A stretch of DNA of 39,593 nucleotides from a virus. Lineage: Duplodnaviria > Caudoviricetes. The position numbers were made by a program, and so were the translations under genes. Where the stretch lies: positions 1-39,593 of IMG/VR virus record IMGVR_UViG_3300037782_000060; one strand, given 5' to 3'. The notes under the pieces were generated by a model. That model was not told the DNA's origin. It made no database searches and was given only the letters and a program-made list of their open reading frames with translations. This document shows positions 1-9,149 of the stretch, piece by piece; the first letter of the stretch is position 1; every line of letters begins with the position of its first letter.

Positions 1-141
1 TTCCACGCAAACCTCCTGTTATGGTTGTATTACTCAGCGCATTGCCTTTAAACCGTACATTCCCTCTAAACGAAAAATCAAACACTTAAACTGACTGTAT
101 CAGTGAGGGAGTGAATGAATGGAAAAAATTCCCCCTAATCC

Positions 142-170
142 TTGACGCATCCGGTATCAGCCTCTATCAT
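142..170 (+). promoter_or_regulatory. sigma70 promoter of tRNA-Asn
   Basis: TTGACG (142-147), 17-bp spacer, TATCAT (165-170), 14 bp upstream of the tRNA. Confidence 0.8.
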
Positions 171-184
171 ACGCATCTTTCTGT

Positions 185-260
185 TCCCCGATAGCTCAGT
201 TGGTAGAGCAAATGACTGTTAATCATTGGGTCGCTGGTTCGAGTCCAGCTCGGGGAGCCA
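185..260 (+). tRNA. tRNA-Asn (GTT), intact, prophage integration target
   Basis: 76-nt cloverleaf: acceptor TCCCCGA/TCGGGGA, D arm GCTC..GAGC, anticodon GTT at 218-220, GGTTCGAGTCC T-loop, encoded CCA. Confidence 0.98.
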
Positions 261-311
261 AGGATACCAAGGGTTTACGTTTTTGACGTAAGCCCTTTTT
301 TATTGTCTCCC
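213..311 (+). repeat. att direct repeat, left copy (tRNA 3' part plus terminator)
   Basis: Identical by eye to 39495-39593; begins in the anticodon stem (TGACTGTTAATCA). Confidence 0.96.
269..301 (+). terminator. Intrinsic terminator after tRNA-Asn
   Basis: AAGGGTTTACGT-tttg-ACGTAAGCCCTT hairpin followed by a T run. Confidence 0.8.
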
Positions 312-330
312 TAAAATTCTCCCTAAAATA
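306..330 (+). promoter_or_regulatory. Putative integrase arm-type sites (tandem TCTCCCTAAAA)
   Basis: TCTCCCTAAAA at 306-316 and 318-328; the same motif recurs at 39391-39403 inside the other end. Confidence 0.6.
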
Positions 331-429
331 AAGCTGATTTTATGTAGTGGAGTGAGCCTGCCGGCGGAACATCGACGAATCGCTAAGCCGGCCACTCCAT
401 CCTTGGTAACCGACAGGCTCAGATGGAGC

Positions 430-969
430 TTACATGACTACGCGGTGGCGCATCCAGCCATAGAGGAACTTCCGGTCTTTCTTTCTGGCTTCGGTGAGTT
501 CAAGGTAGCGATCACCCTGAGTGCAATTCAATGCAGTGAGCAGAACCTGCTCCCCTTCTTTGCCTCGCTTACTGAGAAATGCAGTTAAGGCTCTCATCGT
601 GATGCGGCCAACACGACCGTCCACAAACAGATCTGGATACTCGCCCAGGTTGAAGCCATTCAGCCAGCGCTGCAGGAACTCAGCTGCACGGTGTGGGCCC
701 ATATTGATCCCGGTATCTATCAGCTCGGCAGCGATAGATTCGCTGTGGTCGATGACCAGGTGGAAGTTTGGCTCATTGATGTAGCGCTTTGTGTAGACCT
801 GCCTGGCGAATGACAACGGCATATCAATCATCGGTCTGTGATAGCCATTCTCTCTGGCGACTTCTATGGTGATGCCATAGTTTGTCTCACCGCCAGAGTC
901 ATCCGGATCATTCACATAGCCTTTCTCGATGGCCAGCACATCATCAATGATACGGTCAATTTGTATCAT
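430..969 (-). CDS. Endolysin, glycoside hydrolase family 108 with C-terminal peptidoglycan-binding domain
   Basis: EKGYVNDPDDSGGETNYGIT motif, VDGRVGRIT, FLYGWMRHRV C-terminus. Confidence 0.92.
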   Translation of the reverse strand: MIQIDRIIDDVLAIEKGYVNDPDDSGGETNYGITIEVARENGYHRPMIDMPLSFARQVYTKRYINEPNFHLVIDHSESIAAELIDTGINMGPHRAAEFLQRWLNGFNLGEYPDLFVDGRVGRITMRALTAFLSKRGKEGEQVLLTALNCTQGDRYLELTEARKKDRKFLYGWMRHRVVM

Positions 970-1409
970 GGTCTTTCCACATAGTAAGGGTTGCGCATAC
1001 GCTTAGCGCGGGGATTGAAGAAGCGGCTGCCAGCCATGCGAACGGCGATATAGGCCAGCCATGCTTTTGTTGCTCTCATGCCGGACTGTTTGATGATGCC
1101 GTAGAAATGCTGATCGGCTTCTTTGCGTGTGATCCACTTGTTCTCAATCTGCTGGTATTCATACAGGTAGTCATGCACCAATGCAGCCACAATCACATGA
1201 CTGTCATCGCGGTTGAGATAGCCGTGCAGGATGCGAGGCACTGAGGCCTTATCAAAGGCAAAGCCTGGATGAATATAGACAACCCGATCATCCGGCAGCG
1301 TCATGTGAAAGCCGCTCTCTGTCAGCCACTGGTCAACATAGACCTGGTTAACTGCATCCCATACCCGCTTGAGTGAGGGGTATTGCAGTGGATCGAAGCG
1401 ATAAGTCAC
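966..1409 (-). CDS. DUF1353-family protein
   Basis: GFAFDKASVPR, AALVHDYLY, TRKEADQHF, YIAVR motifs; ATGA coupling to both neighbours. Confidence 0.85.
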   Translation of the reverse strand: MTYRFDPLQYPSLKRVWDAVNQVYVDQWLTESGFHMTLPDDRVVYIHPGFAFDKASVPRILHGYLNRDDSHVIVAALVHDYLYEYQQIENKWITRKEADQHFYGIIKQSGMRATKAWLAYIAVRMAGSRFFNPRAKRMRNPYYVERP

Positions 1410-1825
1410 AGTGTGAGCCTCGCGGCCTGGTCAATCCAGTCCAGCAGTGTGAGCAGCATGATCTTCTGTTCACCGAGTGGCATGTCTGGCCGGACATCGA
1501 TGACGGCTTGCTGGATATTGTTGAACAGGATCATGAGCAGCAGCCGATCTGAGGGGTCGAAGCTATCAAGCCCTATCCTGCTGATCGCTTCCTCGACCAG
1601 CCGGGTGACATTGATCTCGGTATTGGTTTCAGCAACATGACTGACGATGACCTGCCTCACCCGTTCGGTGTGCTGCAGCACATCACGGGCAGCGATGCTG
1701 TCTGAATCTTCAATGACCTTGAGTGTGGCGTATTGCACAGGCACACGGGCACTGGACTCCTGCAAATCGACCGCTGCACAGCCGGTCATCAACAGCATGA
1801 GACACACGAGAAATAACGCTTTCAT
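1406..1825 (-). CDS. Lipoprotein in the lysis cassette
   Basis: GGAGG RBS then MKALFLVCLMLLMTG-C lipobox (start moved from 1840 to 1825). Confidence 0.75.
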   Translation of the reverse strand: MKALFLVCLMLLMTGCAAVDLQESSARVPVQYATLKVIEDSDSIAARDVLQHTERVRQVIVSHVAETNTEINVTRLVEEAISRIGLDSFDPSDRLLLMILFNNIQQAVIDVRPDMPLGEQKIMLLTLLDWIDQAARLTL

Positions 1826-1841
1826 ATTTCCTCCAGGCAAT

Positions 1842-1863
1842 AAAAAACCCGCTGGAGCGGGTT
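1842..1863 (-). terminator. Intrinsic terminator between tail and lysis genes
   Basis: AACCCGCT-cc-AGCGGGTT followed by TTTT on the minus strand. Confidence 0.7.
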
Positions 1864-1883
1864 GGGTTAGATAATAATCCTTG

Positions 1884-2648
1884 TCAAGAACCTGCGCTGT
1901 AGAGGTTCGAAATATCGGTGCTGGTCAGTTCAGTGCCTAGAAAGAACAATGCTTCATCAACAAACCCATCCCAAAACTGTGAGCGAGTGCCCCCGCCATT
2001 ATCAGAGCAGCCGATAGTAAGCGGTCTTGTTGTTGTTACGCTTTCTCCAGCCATGCTGCCGCTTACAGTTCCCGTGGCTTCCAGAGAGCCGTTAACATAA
2101 AGACGCATTCTTTCGTTTGCGTTACTCCATGTCAGTGCAATCATTCCTGGCACAGAAGTAGATATGCCTCCATAACCGGATTGTTCTGATACACCGATAA
2201 CGGCATTGCCGCCATTGGCTGTCTCAATAACAGTGTTATTGATGCCGGTGCTGGTAAAACCAATCTGCCAGCCAGGTTGTGTCCCCGCAGCGCCACTGCC
2301 ACGCTTTTGCATAGGTCTCTGCACAGCGCTGAGCGTGTCAGGCTTAACCCAAAAAACCACCGAAAAATCAGAATCATCAGGATTAAGAACATCACCCATT
2401 GTCACTAGCTCGTTTGCCCCATTAAGTCCCACGCATGGGTTTTCGTCGCCAACGACAAGACTATTTTGATTGAGTGACGGGCTGGCAACGTATGTTCCAT
2501 CGAAGGCCCCATTTTCATCAGTGGCAATAACCCCCGATGACTCGCCAAGCCTCCACCAAGCAGTTGGTGATAAGTCGGCCACCGCAGCTTCCCAGTCAGT
2601 GGCGCGCCCAAACATCTGAAAACTATGCGGCATAAACATCAGGGCCAC
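1884..2648 (-). CDS. LamG/concanavalin A-like lectin domain virion protein
   Basis: AWWRLGE, FSVVFWVKP, LYVNG, WDGFVDE..LTSTDISNLY pattern of LamG-3 domains; located in the tail module. Confidence 0.82.
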   Translation of the reverse strand: MALMFMPHSFQMFGRATDWEAAVADLSPTAWWRLGESSGVIATDENGAFDGTYVASPSLNQNSLVVGDENPCVGLNGANELVTMGDVLNPDDSDFSVVFWVKPDTLSAVQRPMQKRGSGAAGTQPGWQIGFTSTGINNTVIETANGGNAVIGVSEQSGYGGISTSVPGMIALTWSNANERMRLYVNGSLEATGTVSGSMAGESVTTTRPLTIGCSDNGGGTRSQFWDGFVDEALFFLGTELTSTDISNLYSAGS

Positions 2649-3226
2649 TCCACATCTTTGACTGCTTTACCGTTCTTGCAAGCATCAACATCAGCTTTCA
2701 GCGCTTTGGCAGTTTCAAAAATACTCTCGCCATGCTCAGCAAAAGCCGCCACCATCCCCAGCACGCCAGCCGCATCTAGCACCACATCGGTGTTATCCGA
2801 TACTGTCCAGGTAACAGAAAATGTCTCGCCTGCATTAATCGCAGCCTGTGCCGCAAGTGCTGCCACCTGTATCCGGTCAGCGCTGCGCTGGTCAGAGTCA
2901 AATAGCTTGCCCTGATACAAAAAACCAGCGGTTTCTCGCTGGTCTCGCTCTGCGTTGATTTCGTCTTTCTTTCGACGCCTCACATCCTCAAGCGGCTTAT
3001 CTTCGATGAGATAAGTGCCGTCGTCCTGCTCAACGGGCTTTTGGTAATAGCTGTCATAACTTGGCACGGCAGGCTTCTCATGGCGAGTGACACCCAGCGC
3101 CTCCAGCTTGTCAGTAGTCTGGCTGTCGAACCAGGATGCCTTTGTGTACTCAATGCCGGTGACTGGATCCTCCCAGCCGTCGTGAATTTTGATGCCGTTG
3201 TAGCGGTAGATATATTGAGTTGCCAT
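2639..3226 (-). CDS. Tail fibre assembly-like protein (DUF4376-like)
   Basis: INAERD..GF...FDSD..S, WTVSDN, ends in WP; lies downstream of the fibre gene. Confidence 0.75.
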   Translation of the reverse strand: MATQYIYRYNGIKIHDGWEDPVTGIEYTKASWFDSQTTDKLEALGVTRHEKPAVPSYDSYYQKPVEQDDGTYLIEDKPLEDVRRRKKDEINAERDQRETAGFLYQGKLFDSDQRSADRIQVAALAAQAAINAGETFSVTWTVSDNTDVVLDAAGVLGMVAAFAEHGESIFETAKALKADVDACKNGKAVKDVEWP

Positions 3227-4305
3227 TATGCTGGATACCCTATTAAGTAGACTTTCAAGCCCTCACCCGGGGTTGATGAGCCAACCTGATCAATATCAAT
3301 AGTGATCTCTGCACCGTTTGCCAGTGCTGAATCTGAAATCACTGCCGGGGTGACGGCTGTTGCCGAATCTTTTTCACCCGCATCAATGCTCAGCACCGTG
3401 GAAAGGATTGATGTGCCGTTCTCATTAATATCGACCTCAATGTTGGCCCCCACCGGTGCGGTTTTTACTGACGCCCTGACTGCTGTCACGACAAAGGCGC
3501 TGGTCATAATGAACGTGACGGCCGCAGTCGTGGCTTCCAGATCGCCATCCTCTGCTGACGCCGGGATGGTGAGCGGCAGCGTCTGAATGGCGGTATCGGC
3601 TTTAGCCCCCTGAGCAGCAGTGGCAAAGTCCCCTGTATCTGCTGCAGCGGCTGTGCCTAGCGTGGGCTTATCAGTCAGATCGTTATAGCTGCCTGAAAAT
3701 GGCGTGGGCGTGTTGATGAGGTCGTTGTAGTCGCCGCTTGTGGCCACATCGGCCAGTGAGGCTGTCGGCGTGTAATCTGCGGCCGTTTCAGCGGCCATTG
3801 TGCCGAGCGTGGGCTTATCGGTCAGATCGTCATAGCTGCCGCTGGTAGCGACGGTGGCCAGTGATGAGCTGGCTGCTTTGGCGTCCAGCGCTGACTGCAG
3901 GTCTGTCTGGTCTGACAGCGTGCCGGTGATACTCCCCCATGAAGCCCCGCCCCCACCAGGCGGTGCAGCCCATACCATGTCACCGCGTAAGAACTTGGTG
4001 TTGTCGGGTGTGCCGGTGGCGTCAATATCCCCCACGGCTACGGCATCTTTTGTGGCCAGATCACCCAAACCCGATGTTGGTGTATAGTCTGCCGCCGCCT
4101 CTGCAGCCATTGTGCCCAGTACCGGCTTGTTAGTCAGATCGTTATAATCACCGGTAGTGGCTACCGTGGCGAGTGAGGACGAATCTGCTTTATCATCAAC
4201 GGTATCAGACAGGTTACTTGTGGCGGTTTCCTGGGCGCTAAAGTTATCGTTTATTGTGTCAGCAATATCACTCCACTGACCGCTATCAGGTATGGTTGTC
4301 GCCAT
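3226..4305 (-). CDS. Tail fibre protein with LATVATSGxYxDLxxKP repeats
   Basis: Four GxYxDL repeats, FLRGD and WGSITGTLSDQTDLQSAL fibre motifs, beta-rich C-terminal domain. Confidence 0.8.
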   Translation of the reverse strand: MATTIPDSGQWSDIADTINDNFSAQETATSNLSDTVDDKADSSSLATVATTGDYNDLTNKPVLGTMAAEAAADYTPTSGLGDLATKDAVAVGDIDATGTPDNTKFLRGDMVWAAPPGGGGASWGSITGTLSDQTDLQSALDAKAASSSLATVATSGSYDDLTDKPTLGTMAAETAADYTPTASLADVATSGDYNDLINTPTPFSGSYNDLTDKPTLGTAAAADTGDFATAAQGAKADTAIQTLPLTIPASAEDGDLEATTAAVTFIMTSAFVVTAVRASVKTAPVGANIEVDINENGTSILSTVLSIDAGEKDSATAVTPAVISDSALANGAEITIDIDQVGSSTPGEGLKVYLIGYPA

Positions 4306-4340
4306 GTTGGCACTCCGCTAATGCTTGCCCGGATGGGCGG

Positions 4341-5876
4341 TTATACGAATGAAACGGTTTCTGACTGCTCGCGGACGATTTGCCCGGTAATGGGATGATA
4401 GGTGGCGTCAATAGCATCCAGATCAGTCACGTCAGTCCGGGTTGAATCCGCGTTATCCGGGCCGATGTGGTAGCCGATTTGATAGCCGGGGTTATAATTG
4501 AGCGTCACGATCATGTGCACCAGTTTGTTGGTGCTCTGAATCACCTCAAAGCTGGGTAAGTCTAAGCTGAGTGATTCAAAAAGCTTGGCTTCGGTGCTGG
4601 TGTAGTAGCTACTGCCGTAGTTGATTTCCAGTTCAGCATCCAAGCCCTCACCGTTGTACTCTGCTATTTTGGTTTCTGTGTCAGAAAAATCGGGTGAAGG
4701 TGGCCCTGATGTCTCCACCAGGTAAGGGTCGCTGACCAGGTTCCAGACTGGTTCCTGATCCCTGAAATGCTGATTTCGGATCAATTCTTCGACCTGCTCC
4801 AGGATAATCTCGTATTCATCCAGAACAGTGCTGTCACGGCATAGCTGATAGGTATAGGTTTGCCGCTCAGTAGTGGTATAGGTTTGGTCAATGAACAGCG
4901 ATCCTGTCATTGAGCCTGCCGTGTTGTGATAGCCCTGCGCCGTCCAGCTGCCGCTGGTTGATCCCACCACTTCATAATCGTAGTAATCTTCTCGGGAATA
5001 GATGGTGGAATAAAAGTGCAGCCCGCCGCTGGCATCGTAGTTGGCCCAGAAAAAGCGTTCTTCCGAGACCGTCTGTTCCCTGGTTTCCCTGCCGTTGCCA
5101 TAAGAAGGATTAAGGAAGCCCATCTCCCCCGTGATGTCATAACTGCCACTGACGGGGCTGCTGCTATAGTCGATATAGCGATCACCTACCGGCCCGTCAT
5201 AGCCTGTGGCTCCCCAGTAGCTGCGTACTTGGACAAACTCAACTGGGTCAATGGTTTCCACCTCTGGCGTGGACAAGTCCTCTGTCATGTCAGAGAGTGA
5301 CTTTTCCACCACCACAGTGGCCGCAAGCTCAGCAAGCGTGATGGTGAAAATCGCCTTGTCATTCGCTTGTGCGGCAATGAACACAGCCTGATTACCATCT
5401 GGCCGCACATCCATTAGCGTAATGCCTTTAACCTCAAACAACCCCATATCCGGCAGGGTGATGTTGAGAACAATTTCCTCTGGCTCAACGTATTCCAGCC
5501 GAATCACGCCGAACTCGGCCAGTGTCAGCGTGACGCTGTTGCCCAGCGTATGTGACACGGTCACTTGCCACACCCTGCCATCAGCATCTTTGTGCAGCCA
5601 CGGGCTACCAATGCCACGGCCATGCAGTTGATTGGATGCAATAATGGCATCGGTTCGCCATTCATAACCTGCCAGGTCATCATCGGCCTGTTGCGCCGGT
5701 GTGCGCTCAACGGCAGGCACGCCGGAAAACTTCACCAGGTAAGTATCGCCTGAACCCGGTTGCGGGTAACTCATCGTCTCCGCATTTGGCAGGGTTAATT
5801 GCCCGCCTTTAACCAGGCCATGGAAGGGTGAACCCCATACCTTTAAATCATTAAACGGCAGCAGCGGTACAGTCAT
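4341..5876 (-). CDS. Putative tail tip/structural protein
   Basis: 511-aa acidic ORF with N-terminal WGSPFHGL; coupled within the tail operon. Confidence 0.6.
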   Translation of the reverse strand: MTVPLLPFNDLKVWGSPFHGLVKGGQLTLPNAETMSYPQPGSGDTYLVKFSGVPAVERTPAQQADDDLAGYEWRTDAIIASNQLHGRGIGSPWLHKDADGRVWQVTVSHTLGNSVTLTLAEFGVIRLEYVEPEEIVLNITLPDMGLFEVKGITLMDVRPDGNQAVFIAAQANDKAIFTITLAELAATVVVEKSLSDMTEDLSTPEVETIDPVEFVQVRSYWGATGYDGPVGDRYIDYSSSPVSGSYDITGEMGFLNPSYGNGRETREQTVSEERFFWANYDASGGLHFYSTIYSREDYYDYEVVGSTSGSWTAQGYHNTAGSMTGSLFIDQTYTTTERQTYTYQLCRDSTVLDEYEIILEQVEELIRNQHFRDQEPVWNLVSDPYLVETSGPPSPDFSDTETKIAEYNGEGLDAELEINYGSSYYTSTEAKLFESLSLDLPSFEVIQSTNKLVHMIVTLNYNPGYQIGYHIGPDNADSTRTDVTDLDAIDATYHPITGQIVREQSETVSFV

Positions 5877-6124
5877 AGCAAGCTGGAATCCACCATGATT
5901 TCAAACACAAAGATGCCGTCTGTTGATGTGACGGTTTTAGCCTCGTAATCAATACCGCTGGCGCTCTGGTTATCTGATGTGCTGGCGGAATCACGCCCCA
6001 CACCCAGCGAGCCATTCAGCGGGCGGCGTGTTGGCGGCTCTGTCAGTGCATTTTGTTTGCGTCCGGCCAGGCTGAGTCGGTCAATATCACGCCGGACATC
6101 ACGTTGCGTACGGCGGTTAGCCAT
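5873..6124 (-). CDS. Small tail-module protein
   Basis: Overlapping start/stop with both neighbours; TSTDGIFVF motif. Confidence 0.6.
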   Translation of the reverse strand: MANRRTQRDVRRDIDRLSLAGRKQNALTEPPTRRPLNGSLGVGRDSASTSDNQSASGIDYEAKTVTSTDGIFVFEIMVDSSLL

Positions 6125-6540
6125 TACAGTGTCTCGGTAATGTCGTTGGTTTCCAGCGTGATTTCTGTGCTGCTGTTGGAAATGGCAGGCGTATCACTGC
6201 GGATATAAATCGGCACTGCATTAGCTACGCCCCCATCAATAGACGTACCGACATCCAGTGGATCGCCTGCAGTGGCACTGTCCAACCCGCCGGAACTGAG
6301 CGCCAGCTTGATATTGGAGGCCTGCACACCACTGCCGGGGCTGGCATCCTCGATGGTGATTTCAATCTGATCGACACCCGGATCACTGGTCGCCTCAAAA
6401 GTAGAGGTATCGACCGTGCTGCCGAGATAAACCAGTTTATTGACATCGCCGGTGGAGCCGTCAGCCAGTTGATTGATGGTGACTGAGGTGATTTCCGTTG
6501 TCAGGCTGGAGTCCTCATAGAACTTGAGTGATACTGCCAT
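6124..6540 (-). CDS. Putative minor tail protein
   Basis: GAGGA RBS; beta-rich acidic 138-aa ORF in the tail operon. Confidence 0.65.
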   Translation of the reverse strand: MAVSLKFYEDSSLTTEITSVTINQLADGSTGDVNKLVYLGSTVDTSTFEATSDPGVDQIEITIEDASPGSGVQASNIKLALSSGGLDSATAGDPLDVGTSIDGGVANAVPIYIRSDTPAISNSSTEITLETNDITETL

Positions 6541-6557
6541 TGCGTTGTCCTCTGTTA

Positions 6558-9149
6558 TTAACCGTAGTCGCTCATCTCAGTGGTTGGTGTGAGCTGTGTT
6601 GTTGGAATCAGGTAATTAAAGCCGCTGGCGTTATCCACCACGAAGATGGACAGGGTTTCCTGCGGTATCGCCACCTCGGTTTCATGTGTGGCGCTATAAA
6701 CCTGTTGTTCGCGGAAATCATCCCCGACATCCGGCGTCTCAATCCTGAACTCATGCGGGTATGTCACCGCGTTGAATGTTCTCAGGCCCGCCAGGTTGCC
6801 GAGAAAACCCCGCCAGTCCGGATCGTGCGGCACGGTGACATCACTGCCGCCGAGATAGGTCTGCAAATCCATATCGGTATCAGCCTCATCCGGCTCAGTG
6901 GCTGGCTGGGCTGGCAAAGTAATGCCGTCATCATTCTGATCAGCCACGTCCGGTGCAAACACATTGACTGACAGCGTTGAGTGCGCGCGGCCAGCGTCTA
7001 TGTCGTACACCTCCACCATCTGACCGAGCGTGCCGGTGGCATCAATCGGCGCGGTGTCCACTGCCACTGTCTGACCAATATCCACATAGGGGTTGAGCAG
7101 CGTTGTGACAGTCACCTCGTTCTGGTGGTGGCTGCGGAGAATATCAGTCGTAGCAATCGCCTGAACGGTCTTTATCGCCTCGTTGAACTGGCTGCGCTTG
7201 TCATCATCCAGGTAATAGTCATCCCCTACCCGCTCAGCCCCTGCCGGTGGCGGCAGATAACTGCTGGTTGATAAGCTGCCGTATTCATTCAGTGCCGGCG
7301 TGGACTGCTGAACCTGCTCGAAGCTGTCATCAATCGGTATTTGGTAGGCATAGCGATTGACCTGCTTGGCCTCGCCAAATCGGGCAATGGATGCGGGCGC
7401 GGTGACAGTGATCAGATAATCTTCCTCAACGTCCTGCACCCAGCGTTTGGCCAGCACCGCATTAGCGCCGATAATCAGCGAGCTACGCAGTGCATCATTA
7501 ATCACCCAGTTGACCGGGCCGGAATCAGTGTCATAAGTGCCAGAAGGTGGCAGCGGCGTAAACGCCAGCGACTTGACCCACCATGATTTATCAATGGCCG
7601 AGATGAACATCTCGCGATTAGGCAGATCACTCGACAGCACCAGGTAATCACGAAAAGCGCGGTTGTATGACCAATAAGCCCGGACTTCACGCTGCCACAA
7701 ACGGCCATAAGCAAAGCTGAACTCAATATCCACATGGTTCACCACATCACGGCTGGTGTTCTGTGTGAGGCCGATAGAGCCATCCACTACATCGCCATCG
7801 GTGACTGTGATGTCTGGTGAAGCTTTAGCCTCCCATGACCACTTGCGGAGCTGGCCGTTGACATCCTTATCCAGGCTCGCGGGCTGCGTGGACATACGCT
7901 GCTGCGCATACTCCCAGCCGTCATCAGTCTCATCGAACACGGCATCAGAGTGAAAGCCGCCCACCCAATCATCAATCAGGGTGAAGTCCTGCGCCTCTAA
8001 TGAACCCTGCAGGTTGTCAGTGCAGACAAAATCCACCAATCGTGTGACCGGATCGAACGTCGCCTCATCAACAATGCCGGTGAACCGGCGGTGATGCGTC
8101 TGCAGCGTGCCGGATGAATAAGTCAGGTAGTCGATAACCACCGCCTTTTTCACATAAGCTTGTGGATCAAGCGGCCCAGCAAAAGGCCGGAATACAAAAT
8201 CAGCCAGACGCGCTGCACCTTTGTTGGCCTCGATGCGAACCTGACCGGTGATTTGCTCAGTCACATCCACACCATCAAGCCACACCTTGAGCTGCCACTG
8301 CTTGCCAGCAGATTCAGCCTGTGGGCGATACTCCACCGTGAGTGAAGCTTGACCGGTACTGGCTGGCTGATGCTTGAGCGTGAGAGAAACACTGCCGGTT
8401 ATCGGCACAACATTGTGTTCAATACCCAGCGTAGGCGCGCCGGTTTGTGTCACCCAGTGATAGAGCGTAATACCAACCACGCCCGTGACAGGCTCTGGCA
8501 CATGCTCCAGTGTTAATGTTGCCGTGCCGGACTGCTGCACCAGGTGCGAAAGCGTCAGACTTACCGCTCCGGATTGTGTGGCTACATGATCCAGCGTCAG
8601 CGTGGCCTGTCCGAACTCGGCAGGTACATGCTCCAGCGTCAGGCTGGCATCGCCTGATTGCGTGGCTACATGATCCAGTGTGAGGGTTGCCGTGCCGTAC
8701 TCATAGGCTGGCGGGCTGAATCCAGTGGCAAAGGTGCGGGTTTCACCATCAGACCAAGGTGACTCACCGGTAACAGTCGCAGCCGTTGTCCAGCTGCTGC
8801 CATTATCGCTGTATTGGATCGTGAAATCTTCTGGCGCATAATCGCCGCCACCCGTTGAGTTATCGGCTGTAATGGCGACCTGAACAACCGTCTCATCATC
8901 GCCCGAACCAAAGTCATACCCCAATATCTCAGGCAATACATCAATGCCATCGCCGGAGTACCAGTAGGTGCCGGCATTATTATCAAAGGCATTGTCTGCC
9001 CCGGTGGCTGTGCCTGCAGTAAAAGCTGTGCCGCTGCCGGTTAAATCAGCCCCACCGGATGAGCCTCGCAGTTCAAGCTTTGCAATTCGGGCAGAACTTC
9101 CATCTTCGGTATCAATTACCCTGATTCGCCAATAACGATGTGACGACAT
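6558..9149 (-). CDS. Tail hub/tip protein with N-terminal discoidin (F5/8C)-like domain and 14-aa repeats
   Basis: HRYWRI..LELR and PEDFTIQYSDNGSSWTT discoidin-like motifs; second gene after the tape measure. Confidence 0.7.
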   Translation of the reverse strand: MSSHRYWRIRVIDTEDGSSARIAKLELRGSSGGADLTGSGTAFTAGTATGADNAFDNNAGTYWYSGDGIDVLPEILGYDFGSGDDETVVQVAITADNSTGGGDYAPEDFTIQYSDNGSSWTTAATVTGESPWSDGETRTFATGFSPPAYEYGTATLTLDHVATQSGDASLTLEHVPAEFGQATLTLDHVATQSGAVSLTLSHLVQQSGTATLTLEHVPEPVTGVVGITLYHWVTQTGAPTLGIEHNVVPITGSVSLTLKHQPASTGQASLTVEYRPQAESAGKQWQLKVWLDGVDVTEQITGQVRIEANKGAARLADFVFRPFAGPLDPQAYVKKAVVIDYLTYSSGTLQTHHRRFTGIVDEATFDPVTRLVDFVCTDNLQGSLEAQDFTLIDDWVGGFHSDAVFDETDDGWEYAQQRMSTQPASLDKDVNGQLRKWSWEAKASPDITVTDGDVVDGSIGLTQNTSRDVVNHVDIEFSFAYGRLWQREVRAYWSYNRAFRDYLVLSSDLPNREMFISAIDKSWWVKSLAFTPLPPSGTYDTDSGPVNWVINDALRSSLIIGANAVLAKRWVQDVEEDYLITVTAPASIARFGEAKQVNRYAYQIPIDDSFEQVQQSTPALNEYGSLSTSSYLPPPAGAERVGDDYYLDDDKRSQFNEAIKTVQAIATTDILRSHHQNEVTVTTLLNPYVDIGQTVAVDTAPIDATGTLGQMVEVYDIDAGRAHSTLSVNVFAPDVADQNDDGITLPAQPATEPDEADTDMDLQTYLGGSDVTVPHDPDWRGFLGNLAGLRTFNAVTYPHEFRIETPDVGDDFREQQVYSATHETEVAIPQETLSIFVVDNASGFNYLIPTTQLTPTTEMSDYG

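Noticed and set aside
347-428. HDV-like ribozyme (minus strand has GGCCGGC...GCCGGC)
   Set aside because: I could not place P3/L3 next to P1, nor P2 or the catalytic C in J4/2; kept only as an unclassified structure.
1406-1825. Unimolecular spanin
   Set aside because: A lipobox is present, but there is no convincing C-terminal transmembrane helix.
1884-9149. Diversity-generating retroelement or invertible tail-fibre switch
   Set aside because: No reverse transcriptase, invertase or TR/VR pair seen; the repeats are in-frame protein repeats.
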